Below are positions 54,826 to 64,000 of a stretch of DNA of 64,000 bases, piece by piece. How positions within the stretch are numbered: position 1 is the stretch's first letter; each line of letters opens with the position of its first letter. The translations under genes and the position numbers were made by a program. The notes under the pieces are model-generated. The model was given only the letters and a program-made list of their open reading frames with translations. It was not told where the DNA came from and ran no database searches. This DNA is from Macrostomum lignano. Lineage: Eukaryota. Location: positions 1-64,000 of the forward strand of contig NIVC01000624.1 in the NCBI GenBank assembly GCA_002269645.1, given 5' to 3'.

Positions 54826-55305
54826 GATGATTTTTTGCTACAAATTATAGTGCGACTTTAGACAAGCAGACGATCCAGCTCTGATCCGAATTTAGTGTTA
54901 AGTATATATACATATATTCTGCAACCTTTTGCAATTAAATGAGTCATCTGGAGTGTGCATGTCGGTTTTACTTTATAGTCTCACCAGATGTACGTATTCC
55001 TTGCCAGCTTGGTTAATAGGGATCGTAATTGCATTCTCTCTTGTGATTGGCTGGAGACCCTCGGCCAGCTTTATTTGATAGCATCAACCAATGGAGTAAT
55101 TCCAAATGTACGCTGAGTGCTCGCATGCACACAATTCACTAAGAAGATGATCCAATCATGTTTCAATTGTGTCTCCGCTCTCCCTCGCCTAAAATTAGGG
55201 TGTAACTTTTTCTTTTTACAAAACAAGCTCAAACTAACTACAGTCCCCGCCAAACTCGTGAAGTGAAGTGTAAGAAAAGTACATAAACCCAGCAACATAC
55301 TAGTA

Positions 55306-55920
55306 CTCAGCAACAGTCAAAAGGTCCACGCTCCAAGCGAGATGAAAATTTTCTCACGTTTTGCGACAACTTCTTACTCACAATTCAACCCTCCAGTTAC
55401 GCAACTATAGCCGCCGCGAGGAATGGAAAGTTGGTATCAATACTCGTAATAAACGTCAGTCGCACAAAATAATTTTACGCAATAATCGCGATTCTCCATA
55501 ACGCGTGTGGGATCCCCTCTCACGCAGAAGTGCGGCGACTCTGCGGTGCATCCCCAGGATGAGGCGGCCGCAGAAAGTCCTGGTGGTAAAGCTGCTGCAA
55601 AGCGCAACATTCTGCTTTAGTGGATTTTCGTTTCGAACGCAGAATTTTAGGAAGTCCCAAACATGCTCGATGGGATTCATGTCTGGGGATCGGGAATGCC
55701 AGCGCAGAGTGCGCGGCTGTAGCTGTTCTTTCAGTTGACTAACAGCATCGGCTCGGTGTGGCGGCGCGTTGTGATCTTGGACCATTAAGCTAGCGGACCC
55801 AAACCACCCCAAGTGGCGATTAAGCTTTGCTCGTGGGTAAGTAATTTTAATTGTTGCGTCACTCGCAATAGTGAAAAAAATTCATCTTGCTTGGAAGGTG
55901 GAACTTTGACTGTTGCTGAG
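55306..55920 (-). mobile_element. Non-autonomous Tc1-family DNA transposon (internal deletion derivative), 615 bp
   Basis: Transposase C-terminus QDHNAPPHRA...WHSRSPDMNPIEHVWDFLK...RGSHTRY at 55456-55812. Imperfect TIRs TA/CTCAGCAACAGTCAAAAGGTCCAC... (55306) and ...GTGGAACTTTGACTGTTGCTGAG/TA (55920), with similarity over ~70 bp and TA on both sides. Confidence 0.88.
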
Positions 55921-57798
55921 TATAATACAATTTTATAATACTTTTTTAAAGTCAATTCAAAGCATTTGCTAATTGAGCCTTTAGACAGGCTAGTATCATG
56001 TAAAATTAAAGCCGGAAACGTGTGTTACTAACTAATCCATTCCACCGACTCCCCTGAGCAGGCACATGCAACAATTACGCAGTTTTACACACAGGCACAC
56101 ATTCACAAAGGAGTGTACAGAGGCCCTAAATTTATTTATCGTTAGACATGTACACTTCTACACTGTTTGCTAAGGGGGGGGGGTTGGCCATCAAGGACAG
56201 GGCCACTGCTCTCGGTCACTTCGTCAACCAGGGCCAATCAATTTAGTAGACCTCTTAAACTTTGGTCCCATCGTCAATTGCCAATTGCGAAGCCCAAAAA
56301 TGGTGGTCACTTCGTCAACTCCGCATTCGTGCATGTGTATGCAGTACAAGATGTTGAAACCCGCGGAGAGAGAGAGAGTCCGAAAGCCGACTACGAAACC
56401 GGCCCAGTCCAATTGATCTTAAATAATTGGTTGAAGATCGTTGATCAACTAAAACTTTGATTTATCGCTGCGTCTCTATCCTTCAATCATTGGCTCTGTG
56501 AACAGGTTGGCCCTTTTATCACTTCTTGACGCATGTCTCAGCTTTGCAGTGACATCTTAGACACATGATTGCCTTTTGTATTTCCCGAGATATTTGCATA
56601 CTTCCAAATTGTGCAAGGGGTGCAACTAACTGAATTCGTCTTTTGACACAATGTGTATTCGTGCCAATGTTTTTTCTGTAGGACAGAAAATTTTTGCTTA
56701 TAAAATTTGAAAACTGAATATGACGTCAGAGTAAGGAAAGCATCCCAAAGCATGAAATCATTTTTTGTTTGAATTATTTGTTCGAAGGAAAAATTTCTGT
56801 TGGAAAATCTGCACGCACGCACGCATGGCATGATGATAGGTCGGTTGGGTAAAATGGTTATGAAATCCTAGAATTAATTATTTGCCTAATAACTACCTAT
56901 CCTATAAAATGGCTGTTTGTCCTGGTAAAATAATTTTTGTTAACTAATAATTTGTAAGTCTGATTTAGTGATTAAAAGCTATTTCAAGTAATATAGGCCT
57001 ACATATAATTCATTTAACAGAAAATTAAAACACAAGTTCTAGCACTTAGTCTCTACCTTTTATACAGACTACAATTTATAAAATTGGCACTATAATTATA
57101 TTAGGCTTAAACAACTTTTATTTCATCAACTTGACTATATATAAATTAGGCCTAGGATCTATTAGGCCTAATATTATTTATTTATTTATTTATTTTAGAT
57201 TTTTTATGAAGTATATATATATATAGGACTAGCAAATTTGTAAATATAGATGTCTATATCTAAGAATCTATAATATTTACCAATAAAATTTGTATCATTT
57301 TCCATATATAAAAATGAAAAAAAGTATAAGGCACTAAAATTCTAAATATATATGCCTATATTATAATTTCTATTTCTAATGCAAGCCTATTATATTAGGG
57401 CCTATAAAAAAACCTCAAAATTTGAGTTAAATTAAAATTAAGGCTTATGTTTCCAAGCTTTGAAGATTATTTTAATAAAGACTTTTTAAGTAGTTCTAGG
57501 TAGATACTATACAGAAAAGTTAGACTTTTTGTAAAGGCCTAATTTATTTAGCTGTTCAAAAATATATATTTGATAAAATTGCTAATTTTGTTTATAATGA
57601 CTTTGTACTTTGACTTTTATAGGTCCAAAATATTATAAAATTATGGTAATTCAAATCTATATTAAAAAAAAGAAAATGGTTTTATTGGTCTATAATCTGC
57701 CAGATTTTTATCTTGACTTTACTAGACTTTATCAATCAGCATCACTAGACTTTACCACCTTATATAGCTCAAAGACTCTAGCTCAAATCAGCATCATA

Positions 57799-58072
57799 CA
57801 TGCGCAATAGTTGTCTGAGTCGGCCAATTCAGCTGACTAATTTGGCGGCCAACCAAGGTAAATTGCAAAAATGGCCACCTGAATTAATACCCAAGTAGTA
57901 CTAAGTAGATGATGAGGCATTTTGCCTTAATAACACAGTTATAGTACCCAAAGTTGCATTAATTTTGCTTTAGGGTTTCTTTTACATGTAAGTTACATTT
58001 TGGCCAAAAACTATGTCGCATTTTTGTTAAAACTAAGTTGCATGGCCGACCGAATTTTGGAGGTTGCGCATG
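57799..58072. mobile_element. Putative MITE (~275 bp)
   Basis: TA/CATGCGCAA...GTCGGCCA (57799-57826) is inverted at TGGCCGAC...TTGCGCATG/TA (58043-58072); non-coding AT-rich interior. Confidence 0.5.
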
Positions 58073-58079
58073 TATGATC

Positions 58080-58605
58080 AGCATCATAGGAGAGTGTAGA
58101 TTCAATCAAGATAACAAGAGACTATAAATCCAATTAGCATCACAAGAGACTATAGATCAAATTAGCATCACAGGAAACTGTAAATTAATATCACAGGAGA
58201 CTATAGATCCAATCAGCATCACAAGAGGCAGTAGATCCAGTCAGCATCACAGGAGGCAGTAGATCCAGTCAGCATCACAATGAGGCAATAGATCCAATCA
58301 GCATCACAGGAGACTGTAGATCCAGTCAGCATCACAAGAGGCAATAGATCCAGTCAGCATCACAAGAGGCAGTAGATCCAATCAGCATCACAGGAGATTG
58401 TAGATCCAGTCAGCATCACAGGAGACTGTAGATCCAATCAGCATCACAGGAGACTGTAGATCCAATCAGCATCACAGGAGGCAGTAGATCCAGTCAGCAT
58501 CACAAGAGGCAGTAGATCCAGTCAGCATCACAAGAGGCAGTAGATCCAGTCAGCATCACAAGAGGCAGTAGATCCGGTCAGCATCACAAGAGGCAGTAGA
58601 TCCAT
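58080..58605. repeat. 28-bp minisatellite immediately upstream of CWF19L1
   Basis: Unit AGATCCAGTCAGCATCACAAGAGGCAGT; ends ~20 bp before the first ATG. Confidence 0.93.
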
Positions 58606-58627
58606 GTGAACCACAAAAACTCTCCGA

Positions 58628-61426
58628 ATGGCACCAAATCCAAAGCTACTATTAGAAATTGCAGCCAACATGTCGGAGCCAGTTAAGCTGCTAATCAGTG
58701 GCAGCGTAGGCGGTCGCTTAGACGATGTCTACAAGCGCTGCTTGAGGGCTCAGAAAAAATCTGGAGCCAAATTTGCCATGCTATTCTGCGTTGGCGATTT
58801 TTTCGGCGCCGAATCTGGTCCGGGCGTCGAAGTGATTAAGCGTTACATTAGCGGCGCCACCAAAGCGCCACTGACGACTTATGTGGTGTCGCCTCTGCCT
58901 GAATGGGCCAATGCTCTGGTGCCCGATCCAAGTGGCTGCGAGATCGGGCCCAATCTGATCTACCTGGGCCGGCGAGGACTGTTCTCTGGCCAGACTGGGC
59001 TCAAGGTGGCCTACTTGGCTGGTTAGTGCCGCCTTTATCACCTCTTCAATTCCTTGCTACCCTCCGATGCTTCAGCTGCTACCCTCCCGATGCTTCAGTT
59101 GCTACCCTTCCGATGCTTCAGTTGCTACCCTCCCGATGCTCCAGTTGCTACCCTCTCCCATGCTTCAGCTGCTACCCTCCTAATGCTTCAGTTGCTACCC
59201 TCCCGATGCTTCAGCTGCTACCCTCTCCGATGCTTCAGTTCAGTTGCTACCCTCCCGATGCTCCAGTTGCTACCCTTCCGTTGCTCCAGTTGCTACTCTC
59301 CCGATGCTCCAGTTGCTACCCTCCCGATGCTTCAGTTCAGTTGCTACCCTCCCGATGCTCCAGTTGCTACCCTCCCGATGCTTCAGTTCAGTTGCTACCC
59401 TCCCGATGCTTCAGTTCAGTTGCTACCCTCCCGATGCTTCAGTTGCTACCCTCCCGATGCTTCAGTTGCTACCCTCCCGATGCTTCAGTTCAGTTGCTAC
59501 CCTCCCGATGCTTCAGTTGCTACCCTCTCCAATGCTTCAGCTGCTACCCTCCCGATGCTTCAGTTCAGTTGCTACCCTCCCGATGCTCCAGTTGCTACCC
59601 TTCCGTTGCTCCAGTTGCTACTCTCCCGATGCTCCAGTTGCTACCCTCCCGATGCTTCAGTTCAGTTGCTACCCTCCCGATGCTCCAGTTGCTACCCTCC
59701 CGATGCTTCAGTTGCTACCCTTCCGATGCTTCAGTTGCTACCCTCCCGATGCTCCAGTTGCTACCCTCTCCCATGCTTCAGCTGCTACCCTCCTAATGCT
59801 TCAGTTGCTACCCTCCCGATGCTTCAGCTGCTACCCTCTCCGATGCTTCAGTTCAGTTGCTACCCTCCCGATGCTCCAGTTGCTACCCTTCCGTTGCTCC
59901 AGTTGCTACTCTCCCGATGCTCCAGTTGCTACCCTCCCGATGCTTCAGTTCAGTTGCTACCCTCCCGATGCTCCAGTTGCTACCCTCCCGATGCTTCAGT
60001 TCAGTTGCTACCCTCCCGATGCTTCAGTTCAGTTGCTACCCTCCCGATGCTTCAGTTGCTACCCTCCCGATGCTTCAGTTCAGTTGCTACCCTCCCGATG
60101 CTTCAGTTGCTACCCTCCCGATGCTTCAGTTCAGTTGCTACCCTCCCGATGCTTCAGTTGCTACCCTCTCCAATGCTTCAGCTGCTACCCTCCCGATGCT
60201 TCAGTTGCTACCCTCTCCGATGCTTCAGTTGCTACCCTCCCGATGCTCCAGTTGCTACCCTCCCGATGCTTCAGTTGCTACCCTCCCGATGCTCCAGTTG
60301 CTACCCTCCCGATGCTCCAGTTGCTACCCTCCCGATGCTTCAGTTCAGTTGCTACCCTCCCGATGCTTCAGTTCAGTTGCTACCCTCCCGATGCTTCAGT
60401 TGCTACCCTCCCGATGCTTCAGTTCAGTTGCTACCCTCCCGATGCTTCAGTTGCTACCCTCTCCGATGCTTCAGTTGCTACCCTCCCGATGCTCCAGTTG
60501 CTACCCTCCCGATGCTTCAGTTGCTACCCTCCCGATGCTCCAGTTGCTACCCTCCCGATGCTTCAGTTGCTACCCTCCCGATGCTTCAGTTGCTACCCTC
60601 CCGATGCTCCAGTTGCTACCCTCCCGATGCTTCAGTTGCTACCCTCCCGATGCTTCAGTTGCTACCCTCCCGATGCTTCAGTTGCTACCCTCCCGATGCT
60701 CCAGTTGCTACCCTCCCGATGCTCCAGTTGCTACCCTCCCGATGCTCCAGTTGCTACCCTCCCGATGCTCCAGTTGCTACCCTCCCGATGCTTCAGTTGC
60801 TACCCTCCCGATGCTCCAGTTGCTACCCTCCCGATGCTCCAGTTGCTACCCTCCCGATGCTCCAGTTGCTACCCTCCCGATGCTCCAGTTGCTACCCTCC
60901 CATCCCACAGGCACCAGCCGCGGCGAGGAGTCCCGCAGATTCAGAGACTCTGAGCTGGCCTGGCTGGCCGGCCAAGCCTCAGACGCAGAGTTCCCAGGCG
61001 TGGATTTGTTGCTAACCTGCGCCTGGCCAGCTGGCACTCTGACTGGCTGCGAAGACTGGCTACCAATGGACGAGTGCCAGGCGGTGGAGTCCGCCTCCAA
61101 GCCGTTCGCTCATCCCGCCATTGCCAGGCTGGCCGCCCGTCTCCGCCCGCGCTATCACGTGTGCGCCTGCGGCGACGGCTCGGACAGCGGGCTGGACTTC
61201 GAACGGCTGCCCTATCGGAATCACCGGGTCGGCTCGGAACGGGAGCGGCACTCGACCAGGTTCCACTCGTTGGCTGGCGTTAGCAGCGGCAGGCGCTGTC
61301 TGTACGCTTTACAGTTAACCCCTTTGGCTAAGATTGATCGGGCTGAACTGCTGAAACAGACTCCCAGCGGCGCTGGCGTCACCGACTGTCCGTATAAGGA
61401 TGACGGCAAGGATGTCAGCACAGTTG
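58628..61426 (+). CDS. CWF19L1: CWF19-like protein 1 (metallophosphoesterase-like N-terminal domain); first two coding exons, gene continues beyond the window
   Basis: Exons 58628 (or ATG 58670)-59021 and 60911-61426, phase 1/1. Motifs KLLISGSVGGRLD...QKKSGAKFAMLFCVGDFFG, NLIYLGRRGLFSGQTGLKVAYLAG, GVDLLLTCAWP, LRPRYH, FERLPYRNH, HSTRFHSLA and VTDCPY match recalled CWF19L1. Confidence 0.92.
59045..60900. repeat. 23-bp intronic minisatellite
   Basis: Unit GTTGCTACCCTCCCGATGCTYCA, with +5 (GTTCA) variants. Confidence 0.96.
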
Positions 61427-61454
61427 GTGAGCTGGGGTGCTATTTTGTGTCTGA

Positions 61455-64000
61455 GCTGTACATGTTTATATTGGTCAGCTGTAGTTGTTTATATTGGTCA
61501 GCTGTAGATGTTTATATTGGTCAGCTGTAGATGTTTATATTGGTCAGCTGTAGATGTTTATATTGGTCAGCTGTAGATGTAAATATTGGTCAGCTGTAGA
61601 TGTTTATATTGGTCAGCTGTAGATGTTTATATTGGTCAGCTGTAGATGTTTATATTGGTCAGCTGTAGATGTTTATATTGGTCAGCTGTAGATGTTATAT
61701 TGGTCAGCTGTAGATGTTTATATTGGTCAGCTGTAGATGTTTATATTGGTCAGCTGTAGATGCTTATATTGGTCAGCTGTAGATGCTTATATTGGTCAGC
61801 TGTAGATGCTTATATTGGTCAGCTGTAGATGCTTATATTGGTCAGCTGTAGATGTTTATATTGGTCAGCTGTAGTTGTTTATATTGGTCAGCTGTAGATG
61901 TTTATATTGGTCAGCTGTAGATGTTTATATTGGTCAGCTGTAGATGTATATATTGGTCAGCTGTAGATGTTTATATTGGTCAGCTGTAGATGTTTATATT
62001 GGTCAGCTGTAGATGTTTATATTGGTCAGCTGTAGATGTTTATATTGGTCAGCTGTAGATGTTATATTGGTCAGCTGTAGATGTTTATATTGGTCAGCTG
62101 TAGATGTTTATATTGGTCAGCTGTAGATGCTTATATTGGTCAGCTGTACTAGATGTTATATTGGTCAGCTGTAGATGCTTATATTGGTCAGCTGTAGATG
62201 TTATATTGGTCAGCTGTAGATGTTTATATTGGTCAGCTGTAGATGCTTATATTGGTCAGCTGTAGATGTTTATATTGGTCAGCTGTAGATGTATATATTG
62301 GTCAGCTGTAGATGTTTATATTGGTCAGCTGTAGATGTTTATATTGGTCAGCTGTAGATGTTTATATTGGTCAGCTGTAGATGTTTATATTGGTCAGCTG
62401 TAGATGCTTATATTGGTCAGCTGTAGATGTTTATATTGGTCAGCTGTAGATGCTTATATTGGTCAGCTGTAGATGTTATATTGGTCAGCTATAGATGCTT
62501 TTTTTGGTCAGCTGTGGATGTTATATTGGTCAGCTGTAGATGCTTATATTGGTCAGCTGTAGATGTTATATTGGTCAGCTGTAGATGTTTATATTGGTCA
62601 GCTGTAGATGCTTATATTGGTCAGCTGTAGATGTTTATATTGGTCAGCTGTAGATGTATATATTGGTCAGCTGTAGATGTTTATATTGGTCAGCTGTAGT
62701 TGTTTATATTGGTCAGCTGTAGACAGCAACTGTTGGTCAGCTGTAGCTGTTTATATTGGTCAGCTGTAGATGTTTATATTGGTCAGCTGTAGATGCTTAT
62801 ATTGGTCAGCTGTAGATGTTATATTGGTCAGCTGTAGATGCTTATATTGGTCAGCTGTAGATGTTATATTGGTCAGCTCTAGATGCTTATATTGGTCAGC
62901 TGTAGATGTTTATATTGGTCAGCTGTAGATGTTTATATTGGTCAGCTGTAGATGTTATATTGGTCAGCTGTAGATGTTTATATTGGTCAGCTGTAGATGC
63001 TTATATTGGTCAGCTGTACTAGATGTTTATATTGGTCAGCTGTAGATGTTTATATTGGTCAGCTGTAGATGTTTATATTGGTCAGCTGTAGATGTTATAT
63101 TGGTCAGCTGTAGATGTTATATTGGTCAGCTGTAGATGTTTATATTGGTCAGCTGTAGATGCTTATATTGGTCAGCTGTAGATGCTTATATTGGTCAGCT
63201 GTAGATGTTATATTGGTCAGCTGTAGATGCTTATATTGGTCAGCTGTAGATGCTTATATTGGTCAGCTGTAGCTGTTTATACTGGTCAGCTGTAGATGTT
63301 ATATTGGTCAGCTGTAGATGTTATATTGGTCAGCTGTAGATGTTATATTGGTCAGCTGTAGATGTTTATATTGGTCAGCTGTAGATGCTTATATTGGTCA
63401 GCTGTAGATGTTTATATTAGTCAGCTGTAGATGTTTATATTGGTCAGCTGTAGATGTTTATATTGGTCAGCTGTAGATGTTATATTGGTCAGCTGTAGAT
63501 GTTTATATTGGTCAGCTGTAGATGCTTATATTGGTCAGCTGTACTAGATGTTTATATTGGTCAGCTGTAGATGTTTATATTGGTCAGCTGTAGATGTTTA
63601 TATTGGTCAGCTGTAGATGTTATATTGGTCAGCTGTAGATGTTATATTGGTCAGCTGTAGATGTTTATATTGGTCAGCTGTAGATGCTTATATTGGTCAG
63701 CTGTAGATGCTTATATTGGTCAGCTGTAGATGTTATATTGGTCAGCTGTAGATGCTTATATTGGTCAGCTGTAGATGCTTATATTGGTCAGCTGTAGCTG
63801 TTTATACTGGTCAGCTGTAGATGTTATATTGGTCAGCTGTAGATGTTATATTGGTCAGCTGTAGATGTTATATTGGTCAGCTGTAGATGTTTATATTGGT
63901 CAGCTGTAGATGCTTATATTGGTCAGCTGTAGATGTTTATATTAGTCAGCTGTAGATGTTTATATTGGTCAGTTGTAGATGCTTATATTGGTCAGCTGTA
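61455..64000. repeat. 22-23-bp intronic minisatellite running off the window
   Basis: Unit GTTTATATTGGTCAGCTGTAGAT, >100 copies. Confidence 0.97.

Noticed and set aside
56538-56831. Cys-containing minus-strand ORF
   Set aside because: AT-rich, no splice partners or recognisable domain.
58903-61530. 550-650-aa ORFs spanning the 23-bp array
   Set aside because: Intron 1 of CWF19L1; only 60911-61426 has CWF19L1 similarity.

Overview
Eukaryotic (animal) genomic DNA with spliceosomal GT-AG/GC-AG introns; no rRNA, intact tRNA or CRISPR seen. About 26 kb (roughly 40%) of the window is tandem repeat, mostly one array with its own unit per large intron. This architecture and gene content suggest a repeat-rich invertebrate such as a macrostomid flatworm (inference only). 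Most long ORFs in the supplied track are artefacts of these repeats. Manual splice-site and phase tracing gives nine gene models: (1) a partial minus-strand ABM/dimeric alpha+beta-barrel-like gene whose introns hold a dead BEL/Pao gag, a mariner remnant and a SINE; (2) a 16-exon, 1369-aa coiled-coil protein matching both conserved motifs of synaptonemal-complex protein SYCP1, with an unusual ~590-aa repetitive N-terminal extension; (3) an orphan 2-TM protein with a GC-AG intron; (4) a tandem DUF1330-like protein; (5) a secreted acetylcholine-binding-protein-like nAChR ligand-binding domain with no channel domain; (6) a 9-exon 3xIg+FN3 adhesion molecule with a GPI-like tail; (7) an orphan Pro/Gln-rich protein; (8) a tetraspanin; (9) the 5' part of CWF19L1. 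Also present are a TIR-bounded Tc1 deletion derivative, a putative MITE and tRNA-derived SINEs. Protein identities rest on motifs recalled from known families and need database confirmation.
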